Shown here piece by piece: positions 1-10,137 of a DNA stretch of 64,000 nt. Made by a program: the position numbers and the translations under genes. Within the stretch, counting starts at the first letter, position 1. Each line of letters starts with the position of its first letter. This DNA is from a virus. The notes beneath the pieces are model-generated. The model did not search any database and was not told the origin of the DNA. It worked only from the letters and a program-made list of their open reading frames with translations. The DNA is taken from positions 32,001 through 96,000 of the IMG/VR virus record IMGVR_UViG_3300025288_000012. One strand, given 5' to 3'.

Positions 1-1
1 A

Positions 2-259
2 CAAGTCTATAGCCTTAACATATTTGGACCTAGTTACCGACCATACTTCGTGATTCTCCGTAACTCTAATTACGCTACCGTCCTCAGTTTCAATCTCAAA
101 CATTCGCTCTGCCGTGTGGTGATGCGAAACGGCTTCGACAAGTCGCAGCTCATGGCAGAACGTAAAGTGGTTGTAAGAGTAGGCTTTATCCCCAACTAGA
201 ACCTCGGATATAGGAGTATAGCCACGCTCTAGAAGAACATAGTTTGACCCAGACAAACA
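2..259 (-). mobile_element. Intein N-terminal region in the polA ExoIII motif (truncated by window)
   Basis: FLKY|CLSGSNYVLLERGYTPISEVLVGD (block A) ... DGSVIRVTENHEVWSVTRSKYVKAIDL (block B TxxH). Confidence 0.85.
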
Positions 260-1444
260 ATATTTTAAGAAATCAGTGGAGTAAAGATTCGTCGTAGATA
301 TGTTCTTACGATCTTTCTTGGAGAACTTCGACTCCATGTAACCAGTGAAGCCATACTGGGAACAGATGTTGGCTAGAGAGTAATAGTACTCACCCGTAAG
401 AGCAGACAGAAATTTGTAGTTCTCGTCCAAGCCAAATTCACCGCCAAAAATATCATGCACATGGTTGTGCATGTAGCGAGTCTTCAGCTGATTCCTCATT
501 AAGTTGAGGTCGAAGTCCGCGTTGGCATAGATGTGATACTTGTTATCGTTGTCACCCTCGAAGTATGCCCGAAGCCTTCTCTTCAAGTATCCTAGTTCTT
601 TAGGAGTGAAAGGTGTGTCCTTATGGTACAAGGGAACTACATACCCAATCGTGTCCTTCACAGCGAACTGAATAGTCAACAGCCTGTTAGCCAATTTGTT
701 TAGGTTGTCGGCTTCTGTATCAACGGCAACATACTCCGCTGCTGCAAGATGATCCATAAGCTTGTTGAACTTCGGAACGTTGTCAATAAGGACAGCCTTG
801 CTGCTCTTCAGGCGATCATTGTCAACTGCATAACGGTGTGTTGCCATTATGGCGTTCGCAAGGTTGCGGATCACATAGCCCAAAAGCCCAGCAGTAGCAG
901 CAGTGCCTTCATTCAGAGACTCAAGACTTAACGTGCTTACGGTAAGGAATTCATGAGTACCTGCCTTACTCCTTACCGGAACACCATACCAGTACGAATG
1001 CTTGTTGTCAGAAAGTTCCAGCTGTGGTTTGAGCAACGCAGCAGAAGCAGAGTGACCGAAGGTAACGACCACGTCTGGCTTGTACTTGAGTATCAGTGCT
1101 CTTATCCGAGCTGCAAAGGCTGACTTGGCCGCGTATTGAACTTCTCTGGTACTACCTGCAGTCTTGAAGGCATTGAAGGTACAAGCAAGCCAGGAGAACG
1201 TTATCTGTTTTTTAAGTTCGACGCTAAACGTAGCCTTCAGAAGTGCCTCAAGCAGCATTCCGGTCTCACCCGAAAGCAGTCTACCCTCGTGCAGGTCTTC
1301 CGTAGGCATATAGTCTAGGACGAAAAGAATCTTACGACCTGAATTGTTTTCGTAGGGAAGTTTGACAAAAGAGTAGTCGTTTAGTGCGGAGAAAGAGCCA
1401 CCGAACTTGTAGTCGAACTTAGTGTATTTTATCTTGTCGAACAC
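2..1444 (-). CDS. polA: Family A DNA polymerase, 5' part (UDG-like N-terminal domain + 3'-5' exonuclease), runs off window; missed by ORF track
   Basis: Manual translation from GTG at 1444 (GAGG upstream) is open to the window edge: ILFVLDYMP..LLSGETG..KYKPDVVVTFG (UDG-like); YVAVDTE (ExoI), YANADFDL (ExoII), FLKY (start of ExoIII) followed by an intein. Confidence 0.85.
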   Translation of the reverse strand, partial: MFDKIKYTKFDYKFGGSFSALNDYSFVKLPYENNSGRKILFVLDYMPTEDLHEGRLLSGETGMLLEALLKATFSVELKKQITFSWLACTFNAFKTAGSTREVQYAAKSAFAARIRALILKYKPDVVVTFGHSASAALLKPQLELSDNKHSYWYGVPVRSKAGTHEFLTVSTLSLESLNEGTAATAGLLGYVIRNLANAIMATHRYAVDNDRLKSSKAVLIDNVPKFNKLMDHLAAAEYVAVDTEADNLNKLANRLLTIQFAVKDTIGYVVPLYHKDTPFTPKELGYLKRRLRAYFEGDNDNKYHIYANADFDLNLMRNQLKTRYMHNHVHDIFGGEFGLDENYKFLSALTGEYYYSLANICSQYGFTGYMESKFSKKDRKNISTTNLYSTDFLKYCLSGSNYVLLERGYTPISEVLVGDKAYSYNHFTFCHELRLVEAVSHHHTAERMFEIETEDGSVIRVTENHEVWSVTRSKYVKAIDL

Positions 1445-1493
1445 CCAAATAACCTCGTAAGTATAGATCCATGACGTTATTTACAGTAATGGT

Positions 1494-1522
1494 AAAAATG
1501 GCCGCACTAGGCGGCCATTTTT
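1494..1522. terminator. Intrinsic terminator-like hairpin
   Basis: AAAAATGGCCGC-ACTAG-GCGGCCATTTTT, a perfect 12-bp inverted repeat with A/T tails just downstream of the 1541-1897 gene. Confidence 0.8.
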
Positions 1523-1540
1523 GAGTGAAGGAACTAGGTG

Positions 1541-1897
1541 TCAGTCAGTACTTGGTTCAGTAGGAACAGTCTTTGGCACTGCGTGAACTCGCACAGCATT
1601 GCGAGTTACAGGACCCTTTGCAAGTGCTTCCTTCTCCTGCGCGAGGATGTCTTCGATTGAAGGATGATAGAGCAGTCCTGACCTCGTGTCCAGTGTAATA
1701 CCAGACGGCCACGGTTTGTGTCCTGCGAAAGGCATGCCGGAGTTGGGCAACCCAGGTAGAAATTCCATTTCAGACTCGAACCGCTTCTTGGCTTCTATGG
1801 ACATGGGACCCCATTGACCGTCAATCGGGCCTTGGTAGTACCCCATAGCCTTCAGGATAAGCTGCTGCCTGACTAGATGGTTGAATGCTGTTTGCAT
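1541..1897 (-). CDS. Peptidoglycan-binding domain protein (PG_binding_1-like)
   Basis: QLILKAMGYYQGPIDGQWGPMSIEAKKRFE matches the LxxLGY..G.vDG.fGp.T..Av..FQ pattern. Confidence 0.7.
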   Translation of the reverse strand: MQTAFNHLVRQQLILKAMGYYQGPIDGQWGPMSIEAKKRFESEMEFLPGLPNSGMPFAGHKPWPSGITLDTRSGLLYHPSIEDILAQEKEALAKGPVTRNAVRVHAVPKTVPTEPSTD

Positions 1898-1911
1898 GTG
1901 TGCTTCTCCAG

Positions 1912-4900
1912 TTAAATTCTTTGAGTGGTCTTAAGGTCGGCAAGCTCTTGTTTGAGCTCCGCGAAGTTTGTCACTACGACACCTTCAGCTCGCATGGAAC
2001 GCACGAATGAGACCAGCTCTGACCTAGCGTTGAAGAACTTGATGTTAAGGCCAGATGCTTCGGCAAACTTCAGGCTCCTTGTACCAGGAATGACTTTGTT
2101 CAGGTGTCTCTTGATTGAAGGGTTGGTAGCAATGTCAACTGTCAACATAAGGCTGCCGTTAAGTATGACCGGGTAGATCTTAAGCTCAGGCCTGCCCTTT
2201 GCATCCTTGCCGCTAAGTTTGTGACGTAGCAGGTAGAAGTTTTTGAACTCTGCAACTGGCGCGAGCTCGACTGCAAATTTCCGGCCTTTTCCGCTCTGAA
2301 ACGAATCCTGCAGAGACTCCAGGCGTCTAAAGATCGGAGTGCTTATGGAGAACTTCGCATCCAGGTAGTCAAGTAAGGCTTCAAAGGATTTTTGGTCCTT
2401 CACTATGGTGTAGGCATAGTCACCAAACTGCTTGAACCCATACGACTTAATGTCAAACTCCGGGTCTTCAGGGCTACCTTCAAGTGCAAGGAATCCATTG
2501 TAGACTACGGGGAACAGCTCAATGTTGAGATTCTGTTCTTCCTCGTCTTCTTCAGGCTCTGGTTTAGGCGCACGTTTCTTCTTACCGAGACCAAGAATGG
2601 TCTTGGCAGCCGCAGCCGCAGCCTTCTTAGCTTCCCTGGCTTCTTGACGCTCCAAGGCTTTACGCGCACGTTCTGCCAGAGCCTTGTCACGTTTGGTAGC
2701 GAGCTTCGTAGTTGGGCCAAAGTCCTTGACGTTATCCTTGGTCACGTTAGTGGCAAGGAAGATCATCGTGGCTGCACCACTGTACGTGTCGCCGTTTGCC
2801 AGCTGCACATCAACCCTAGTGATACGCCGAGCAGCTTCCAGCTCGTTGTCACTTATGCCTTCGACCTTAGGAGGCCGAGATAGGCCAACGCGGCTTATAA
2901 CACCGTTACCGAACTCGGTGTGGACGTAAGAGCCGATAAGGTTCTTACGATCCTTGAGGATAGCCTGAACCGCTGGGTCTTCAGTATCTTGAAGGTACTC
3001 ATTTAGACGCAGCAGACCGAAGTCATGGCGATCCGGAACCTCCAAGTTCGGAACGTAAGGTACCTGCTCAAGTATGCGAGCTTCCTTGAACATAGGTGTA
3101 GGAGGTACGTCCAACATAGTTGACGGACCAGATTGGCGCATGTCCTCAAATTCGGCAGCCTGAATGTGGACCAAGTTTGCGTATGCCTCGATGTACTCCT
3201 GAATGTCAGAAATAACCGGAACACTTGCGATGGTGTCCAAGTTCATACGGATCAAAGGAAGCTGCTGCTCTGCAATTGCTGCATACAAAGGGTTTCCAGC
3301 TTCGTCGAACTGCGTCTTAATGAGCATCTTAGAAATCAGACGCCCCATCTTCGCAACTTCTAGGCTACCGTTGCAGATAATCCAGTCGAGGTACACATTC
3401 TCCCGAGAGAACTTCTTGGAAGGATCAGGACGGAAAATACGCGAGGACGATTGGTCCAACTCACCAGGTGACCAGGGTGACTCCATACGAATGATGCGGC
3501 TAGCACAGTTGTGCACCAAAACGGGGATAAGCGTATTGTGTCTATCGTTTGACCCAGCACAAGCAAAGAAGTTGTGGTTACCCTTTACGTTAAGGTCGTA
3601 CTTGTAATCTCCAATAAGCTTCTTGGATTTTCCAAATGTTATTGATGTTACGGTAAGGTAGTGGTTGTTGATGAAAGACTCAAGGCGGGCACGAGTATCG
3701 GCCAAAGTAGCCTCATGGTAGCACGAATCTGCATCTACAATCAGGCATTCGATACCAACTTTAGCATAAGCCTTTATCAACTCTCGGTCATACTTCTTGT
3801 CCCTGTAAGCACGAGCCCCAATTACTTCAACAACCTTGTAAGTTCTGCCTTTAGAGTTCAAGTGATTTAGGGATACGAAATCTGGGTTTTTGTTTACGGT
3901 ACGACCACCCATTGTTAACGTTACCCAATAATCACCGTCACCCGTGTACGCAAGTCCCTTTATACCAAGATCAATAACATTACTCTCTGGGATGTTTAGT
4001 AATGTACCTTGAGCCAGCAACATAGCGCCTACGCCAGCCTCAGTGTACCCTGGGATGTTAGCATGGCACCATGCAGTTGCAGCGCTCTTGCGTTGCCTTG
4101 CTTCGGGTGTAGAAAGGGCTGCCTGTAGCCGTGCGCTGTGTAGATCTCTCATGCCGGGCTTTGCCCAGTGTTTCCGTAGAGATTTTGAGATCTTGCGTTT
4201 AACCTCGGGTCGGGCATTAACTTCTGTGCGAGTGGCTGACATCTGTTCTTGAGCGTCGAGATCTTCATAATAACGAGTAAGCTTTTCCTCTATAGAGGAA
4301 CGACCTTCCGGAGAAGAATAAAACTTCTTCAACGACTTTGAAAGAGTTTCTGGGCAGGAGTTGAAGGGTGAGAACTTTCCGCCATACGTTATGAGTTGAT
4401 CACCAACTTTCAGGTCTCGTGCCTCAATCTCGGAGCCATCCTTAAGGAAGACCGGGTGTTCTTCAGTTAGAAGTAACGGACTAGCCTCACCTGTACGGTT
4501 ATCCTCAACTCTTACGTTAAGGTACACATCCTTTGGTTTAACTTTGTGCCGTAGCTTACCATATATCTTACGTTTCTCTATCTTGCGGGTCTCAAGGTTG
4601 TAAGAAAGTACATGGGTAATCTCAGGATTGGCATAGATTTCACCAATAGACATTGACTTTCGGTAGTCAATCATTACCTGAGTTTGAGCAGGGAAGCACT
4701 GAAGGTTGTGGCCCTCGGAGATGGATTGCTCGTTGGCGATTAAAATTTGCGGGTCCTTCGTAAGGCTGAAAGGTGATGTCTTGAATCGGTCAAACCCTTC
4801 CATCTTGTTCTTGACTTCGCCGTGGAACTTGATTGCTATCTTCTTCAAGTCAGGTGGAAGTGCCTTGTACACCGCATTAACGGTACGAGTGTAACGGCAG

Positions 4901-7900
4901 AACACAATGACTTTACCTTGGGGCTCGGGCTTCCAACGTGGATCCTTGGCCGGGTCGATGTGAGATTCGTACTCTAACTCGTAGTCGTCGAGCGTCAACA
5001 CTTTTCCTGGGACACCCATGAGTACATAACGCTCACCGTTAGAGTCAGCGAGATCTTTCAGCTTGTACTTCTTGCCTTTAACCCAAGGATACTTGTCGAA
5101 GTTCCTACGAATACGCTCTATGCACTTCTGCACTTTGTTGCTAACGAAGTTGTCTTTCGCCATACCACCGAAGTACACTTCACCGAAGGGGTCACCTACA
5201 GGATCGGTAAGTAGCTGCTCAAGGCGGGCCAAGTACGGCTCCAGCTTAGACTCAAGGTCTGCGAGTGTAGCGTCATCCAGATCGTTGTCTGTAGGCAACA
5301 CCTGCGGTGCACCATCGTCATCCTCGTCGTCATCATCTTCAGAATGGCCTTGCAGAAGTGCCATTACATCCTTATCCTGCTTGATCTCCTCCAGAGTTTC
5401 CTTAAGGATAGCGTCGTACATCATCTGGTGAACAAGTCCACCTTCAGCGTCGGACTTCTCCATACGAACAGGAATGAAGGTCTCAATAGGACGGGGTAAC
5501 ATGAACGCCCATTCCTTACGCTTGGCAGTAATGACAGCCGCATGTTTTGAAAGCTGTGCTCTTGCAAGTTCAGGAGTGTTGGGCTTCCAGGTCATGACCT
5601 GGAACGTGCCGAGCTGTTCACTATTCTCTGCCTCGTACTCTTCAGCAGTACGGAAAATCTGAGCATTGAACAACGCAGCCTGACCAACAACGTCAGTCAA
5701 ACGGTCCTTAATCAAGGTACCTGTTGCAAGACGCACGTACTTTACGGTGCTAGCTACCATCACCTGACGCAAAGCCTTGTGCACGCCCGAGTTAACGTTC
5801 TTACCACGATGGGATTCGTCAAGCGCAATGTACTCGAATCCGAACTTACGGGCGAACTCAAGAACAGCAGACACGCTCTCAACGTGGTTACCAATAACGA
5901 TTGGATACTTGTCAAGTTTAAGCACTGACGTACTCATAACGATGATGGTGTTGCGCGGAGCTTCCTTAATGAGCTTCGTCAAACGCTCGTCACCCCAAGT
6001 ACGGTACACAGCAGTAGTGATTGGGATTACGTTCCACTTGCCTTCAGTGACCTTATGAAGGTCTTCCACCCAGTTACGGACCAGTCCATTAGGTGCAAAG
6101 ATGCAAGGCGGACCTTTGATAAGGCCCTTGCCGACGATTCCTGCTGCATCTGCCAGAAGCAAAATGGTGTTATGCCCATAAACACCTCCCACGGAATAAG
6201 AGTGAGGGCCAGGGACACTAAGGTCGTAAACATCCTCAGGTGAATCCTCCTTAGAAGACTTTACAAACACCCAGTACTTGGAGAGTAGTGTATTCAGGGT
6301 CTCAAGAATACACTTGACCCTTGGGCTCTTCAGCAATTGACTCCTTATCATCGGTTCAAGCGCTTCTATAGCTCGTACCAGGCGAATTACTGAATAACGG
6401 TTAGTCGCTCCGTGTGGGTATTTAGCGGGCGCTAAGTTCCGGCCCATGCCACTATCTCGAAGTAGCTTTTGAACAGACCAGGTCTCAGTCCGACCACCAC
6501 TGCCCCGCGTATTAGTTGGTACGTCGTACTCAAATTGAGCTAAAGTATCCTCAAGGTGCCCTACAAGTTCGCAGGTAAGGGCATGAGCTGGAAGCTTATT
6601 CCACTTACCACCAACCTCCATATTGGTAGTTTGCTTGGCCTCATAGCTGGACCAGTTCGTTTTTGCGGCTGCACTTTGCAGTTTACTATGTTTCTCTTCA
6701 CTTAAGAAGCCAATGCACTCTGCAAACTTTGGGATGTCTTTCCAGTCTACACCGAGAGTGTGAACTCGCTTGGGGTGGTCATGGTTATTGGAGTAGTACT
6801 TGTCACCTATGCCCATTGTAACAGGTATGCCCATGTTCTCCATCATTAACTTGACCTGCGTGGCGAGCGCGGCACTTATGGTACTGTACTGTATACGCCA
6901 GATTCTTCTCTGGTTAGCCCCAGTGCTACCGTGCCATATTGAGCCGTCACCCTCCCACAGTGATCTAAGGAATGCAATTTGGTACCGTTTAGGGGCAGCG
7001 CGTATACAACGAGGAACCTCCTTGAAGGAGGACGTGCCCAACACTAGCTCACGCCTGAGAAACTCAATTACGTCGGTGAAACTTCTAGCTACACCAACAC
7101 TTGTTCTACGGCTATCTATCTGGTGATAGGAACCAGGACCGAATACAGACTCGAACTTCGCTATGTAGCGTTCGCGATTTGCTGTATGGTGTTGCTCAAA
7201 GCTTATGGTTTCGGCATCAGCAGGTGTGTAGCCCTCTGCTACCAACCATCCGAACACCTCGGCCATGTCCTCTGAAAGTTTAATAGACCGATTGCCAAGT
7301 GCTAGAGTAGGAGTTCTAGTTGCATAAACTTCGTCACCTATGGCCTTAGAAATCCACATGCCCTTTCTTAAGTCATTAAGCTGAATAAACTCTTCATCAA
7401 GCGACCCACTTTCAAGTGCCCACAATTTATGTTCGGGCAGGCCTTGTATAGAGGAACCGTCTGAAAGCACGACCTTGCGAGTTCTCCCAGCTGACTTGAA
7501 TGCTTTAGTTGCTTGGACTACCGTTCTTTCATGTGATACTACCTCTACTTGATCTAAGCTCTGGAAACCGTTTCTTAGTGAATTTGGGTCGGACTGATCC
7601 CACAACTCTGAAAGCTTCAAGAGTCCACTTGTGGTTGGTACTAAATGGTCACCGGTAAGGCACTTGCCACCACCTGGGGCGACGTCCAGTACTGCGTAAC
7701 GAGGATGGTTCTGAAGGTATTGGTGCACCTTCAATTGGTGCGGGAATACCTGAAAGCCGCTCTTTGAACCAGGCATCACAATGTCGCTAGCAGTGATACT
7801 CTGATTACGCTGATTGGATTCCTCCAGTTCGTTTGCCTTTTCTATAATGGTGCTACTGTTAACTGTGTACTTGCCCAGTATAACGATTGCAGGCATTACT

Positions 7901-10137
7901 TCCTTGACCAACGCTTGAAAGTCCGGCAAGGTGAACATGTTGCTGGGGTTGATAACGAGGAACTCTTTACGAGGAACTTCCAGAATGTGTTCGCACAACT
8001 TCTGGAAGATACGACCACCCAAGTAGGAGTAGACGTTTTTGAACTCGCCTAGAGAGAAGAACTCCGGATTGAAGTAGTGTTCATTGTCCTTAACGTCACC
8101 ACCATCCTTCAAAGCTTCTCGAGCAAGATTGGTACCAGGGGCACCGGAGGAGTCACGAATAGCTGCACCCAGAAGGGTAAACAGTGCCCTTGTCTGAGCC
8201 TCGATTTGATCTGCGCTCAGTATCTGGTTAAACTCAGGCTTCACACCCAAAGTGTTATCCATTATGGCGCGGTAGATATTAACGTCATAAGGAGCAGCCT
8301 CAAGGTCAAGAGTCTTAAGATTCAAGTCCTTCGCAGCAGCAAGTACAAGGTCTTGCAAAACTGGGACTTTCTTCTCAGCCAGCAGGTAACGGTACAGCCT
8401 GTGGACACCCACAAAGATTGTAGTCTTCAACATCGCAAGCGCAGGCCCACCCTTACCGAAGCTAGCCTCAGTAATCTTACCCGATCGGTTTCCACCATCA
8501 CTAACGGCCATTGAGGTGTTGAAGAGAATAGCCATGGATTCAGCAAAAGGCTTACGCAGGTAATCTGCAATGCTGAGGTCATTGGGTACAGCGGAGCCAG
8601 CCAAGCTGTACGAAACAAGTCGTTCCGGATCAGTGGAAGCACTTGTAAGGATGACGTTGTAGTCCCAGCTGAAAGTCTGCATGGAACCAGCATAGGCGGA
8701 GATCTTTGTTTTTATATCCTTGATCTTCTCCTTGTACGCAGGAGAGCCCACGCCAAACACCTTGGCAGTTTCACCGATCTGACTGGCGTTTAAAGGTGTA
8801 CCCGCATCGTAGGACAGACGCAGGGCTTCTTCGAGAAGAGCCTCGTAGTTCTTTGCGTTGTCCAACGCCAGTTCAGTTGAAGGAGGACACCAGTTGAAGC
8901 GACCTTTGTCAGAGATAAAGATTCCATCCTCATTGTTACGACCAGGCTCAGAGAAGAATCCCAATGCCTTGCGACGTTCAATCAGCATGGACGTCTGGCT
9001 TGCACTGAGAACGTAACGAGGTGCATTGTAGGCATTTACCCTATCGCCGCCCTTTGTTTTCTGGCGCGGAACCTTCATCAAGGCGCTAGTCCAGATGCTG
9101 ACCCAGGTGTTTAGTGGCACCAGAGGAATTTCTGCTGAGGGAGGAGTCTGCGTTATGAACGAGGCGAAGACTTTCGGTATCGAGAGGTAGAAACTGAATC
9201 CAAGATTTGAGTTGAATGCCAAGCCGTACTTCGAGAGCGTGGAGGTTTGCTCCGTCAGTTCGGGAGGCGTGGGCGACTTGCCCATGTAGTCAACAGAGCT
9301 CTTTTCAGCTTCTTGGACGACTAAGAGGTTCAGGTACTTTTGTAAGCCTTGCACCATAACCGGATCGGGCTTGGGCGGGTGAACATCACCGAACAGGTCA
9401 ATATTCGGGATGAAGGTACTTGCAAGCTCATTGAGACGCGTAAGGAACGCGCTCATGTCGTAGGACAAAGGCAGCTTGTTCAGCTTACGCTTGTGCGAAG
9501 ATCCATATGCCGCTGGTTCACCCGCGAATTCTTTGTTAATGGCTTGCGCGAGTGCATGGGCCATCTTGAATTCTTGTTTCTCGAACGTGCTGAACGTGCC
9601 TGGACGAGACATTTCCTCATGCTGGTAGCTTGTAGTGTAAGTGGGGAATTCATCAACTTTCAGAGCTGCCTTCATGCAAGTACCTGGAAGTCCACTGAAC
9701 AGTATGTCAAAGCCGACCTTTGAAGGAACGATTACATGCTTGCCCCTTATGCCTTCAAGGTAGTTCTTCACCATAAGAGTTTGAGCACCTTGGTCATTTG
9801 CCGCAACCACTAGACGAGCAAATTTCGCGGCTGCAGTACGCACTAATGTGGCCTCGTCGTAAAAAGTGGCTTCAAGGGCTATGGTGGTTATGTGGGCACG
9901 AACAGCTGCAAAAAAGGAAGTGAGCTTCGCCATGTAGACGGCAAGCTCATAGTAGTGTTTGTAGCTAGTGACGAAGCCTTTAGGTTGACGACGTTTGGGG
10001 AAAAATGTGTTTACATACTCGTCAAAGTCTTCATCCTTCATCTGAACTGGGAGTAACGCCTCCGCAGATGAGGCTGCGGCAGCAACGAATATGGATTCGT
10101 CCCTTCCTACAGGATTCAAGTTCAAGGTCAGCAGCAT
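1912..10137 (-). CDS. Giant SNF2-family helicase precursor with two inteins and a ~820-aa unknown N-terminal region
   Basis: Spliced motifs APGGGK|T (I), LDESH (II), LATGT (III), VIVFCRY (IV), SISEGHNLQ|CAS (V), QSSSRIFR (VI). Track start is 10173; the ATG at 10137 overlaps the upstream TAA (TAATG) with GGAG upstream and is the more likely start. Confidence 0.9.
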   Translation of the reverse strand: MLLTLNLNPVGRDESIFVAAAASSAEALLPVQMKDEDFDEYVNTFFPKRRQPKGFVTSYKHYYELAVYMAKLTSFFAAVRAHITTIALEATFYDEATLVRTAAAKFARLVVAANDQGAQTLMVKNYLEGIRGKHVIVPSKVGFDILFSGLPGTCMKAALKVDEFPTYTTSYQHEEMSRPGTFSTFEKQEFKMAHALAQAINKEFAGEPAAYGSSHKRKLNKLPLSYDMSAFLTRLNELASTFIPNIDLFGDVHPPKPDPVMVQGLQKYLNLLVVQEAEKSSVDYMGKSPTPPELTEQTSTLSKYGLAFNSNLGFSFYLSIPKVFASFITQTPPSAEIPLVPLNTWVSIWTSALMKVPRQKTKGGDRVNAYNAPRYVLSASQTSMLIERRKALGFFSEPGRNNEDGIFISDKGRFNWCPPSTELALDNAKNYEALLEEALRLSYDAGTPLNASQIGETAKVFGVGSPAYKEKIKDIKTKISAYAGSMQTFSWDYNVILTSASTDPERLVSYSLAGSAVPNDLSIADYLRKPFAESMAILFNTSMAVSDGGNRSGKITEASFGKGGPALAMLKTTIFVGVHRLYRYLLAEKKVPVLQDLVLAAAKDLNLKTLDLEAAPYDVNIYRAIMDNTLGVKPEFNQILSADQIEAQTRALFTLLGAAIRDSSGAPGTNLAREALKDGGDVKDNEHYFNPEFFSLGEFKNVYSYLGGRIFQKLCEHILEVPRKEFLVINPSNMFTLPDFQALVKEVMPAIVILGKYTVNSSTIIEKANELEESNQRNQSITASDIVMPGSKSGFQVFPHQLKVHQYLQNHPRYAVLDVAPGGGKCLTGDHLVPTTSGLLKLSELWDQSDPNSLRNGFQSLDQVEVVSHERTVVQATKAFKSAGRTRKVVLSDGSSIQGLPEHKLWALESGSLDEEFIQLNDLRKGMWISKAIGDEVYATRTPTLALGNRSIKLSEDMAEVFGWLVAEGYTPADAETISFEQHHTANRERYIAKFESVFGPGSYHQIDSRRTSVGVARSFTDVIEFLRRELVLGTSSFKEVPRCIRAAPKRYQIAFLRSLWEGDGSIWHGSTGANQRRIWRIQYSTISAALATQVKLMMENMGIPVTMGIGDKYYSNNHDHPKRVHTLGVDWKDIPKFAECIGFLSEEKHSKLQSAAAKTNWSSYEAKQTTNMEVGGKWNKLPAHALTCELVGHLEDTLAQFEYDVPTNTRGSGGRTETWSVQKLLRDSGMGRNLAPAKYPHGATNRYSVIRLVRAIEALEPMIRSQLLKSPRVKCILETLNTLLSKYWVFVKSSKEDSPEDVYDLSVPGPHSYSVGGVYGHNTILLLADAAGIVGKGLIKGPPCIFAPNGLVRNWVEDLHKVTEGKWNVIPITTAVYRTWGDERLTKLIKEAPRNTIIVMSTSVLKLDKYPIVIGNHVESVSAVLEFARKFGFEYIALDESHRGKNVNSGVHKALRQVMVASTVKYVRLATGTLIKDRLTDVVGQAALFNAQIFRTAEEYEAENSEQLGTFQVMTWKPNTPELARAQLSKHAAVITAKRKEWAFMLPRPIETFIPVRMEKSDAEGGLVHQMMYDAILKETLEEIKQDKDVMALLQGHSEDDDDEDDDGAPQVLPTDNDLDDATLADLESKLEPYLARLEQLLTDPVGDPFGEVYFGGMAKDNFVSNKVQKCIERIRRNFDKYPWVKGKKYKLKDLADSNGERYVLMGVPGKVLTLDDYELEYESHIDPAKDPRWKPEPQGKVIVFCRYTRTVNAVYKALPPDLKKIAIKFHGEVKNKMEGFDRFKTSPFSLTKDPQILIANEQSISEGHNLQCFPAQTQVMIDYRKSMSIGEIYANPEITHVLSYNLETRKIEKRKIYGKLRHKVKPKDVYLNVRVEDNRTGEASPLLLTEEHPVFLKDGSEIEARDLKVGDQLITYGGKFSPFNSCPETLSKSLKKFYSSPEGRSSIEEKLTRYYEDLDAQEQMSATRTEVNARPEVKRKISKSLRKHWAKPGMRDLHSARLQAALSTPEARQRKSAATAWCHANIPGYTEAGVGAMLLAQGTLLNIPESNVIDLGIKGLAYTGDGDYWVTLTMGGRTVNKNPDFVSLNHLNSKGRTYKVVEVIGARAYRDKKYDRELIKAYAKVGIECLIVDADSCYHEATLADTRARLESFINNHYLTVTSITFGKSKKLIGDYKYDLNVKGNHNFFACAGSNDRHNTLIPVLVHNCASRIIRMESPWSPGELDQSSSRIFRPDPSKKFSRENVYLDWIICNGSLEVAKMGRLISKMLIKTQFDEAGNPLYAAIAEQQLPLIRMNLDTIASVPVISDIQEYIEAYANLVHIQAAEFEDMRQSGPSTMLDVPPTPMFKEARILEQVPYVPNLEVPDRHDFGLLRLNEYLQDTEDPAVQAILKDRKNLIGSYVHTEFGNGVISRVGLSRPPKVEGISDNELEAARRITRVDVQLANGDTYSGAATMIFLATNVTKDNVKDFGPTTKLATKRDKALAERARKALERQEAREAKKAAAAAAKTILGLGKKKRAPKPEPEEDEEEQNLNIELFPVVYNGFLALEGSPEDPEFDIKSYGFKQFGDYAYTIVKDQKSFEALLDYLDAKFSISTPIFRRLESLQDSFQSGKGRKFAVELAPVAEFKNFYLLRHKLSGKDAKGRPELKIYPVILNGSLMLTVDIATNPSIKRHLNKVIPGTRSLKFAEASGLNIKFFNARSELVSFVRSMRAEGVVVTNFAELKQELADLKTTQRI
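3508..4698 (-). mobile_element. Intein 2 of SNF2 (397 aa) with NUMOD3-like repeats and a Vsr/PD-(D/E)xK-like nuclease
   Basis: GHNLQ|CFPAQTQV ... LLLTEEHPV ... YDLNVKGNHNFF ... VLVHN|CAS; internal NPDF..VVEVIG..AYAKVGIECLIV. Confidence 0.9.
6169..7662 (-). mobile_element. Intein 1 of SNF2 (498 aa) with LAGLIDADG homing endonuclease, in Walker A
   Basis: GGGK|CLTGDHLV ... FGWLVAEG, FLRSLWEGDG ... YDLSVPGPHSYSVGGVYGHN|TILL. Confidence 0.92.

Noticed and set aside
1925-9723. Many short ORFs inside the SNF2 gene
   Set aside because: Antisense or alternative-frame shadows with no motifs or RBS.
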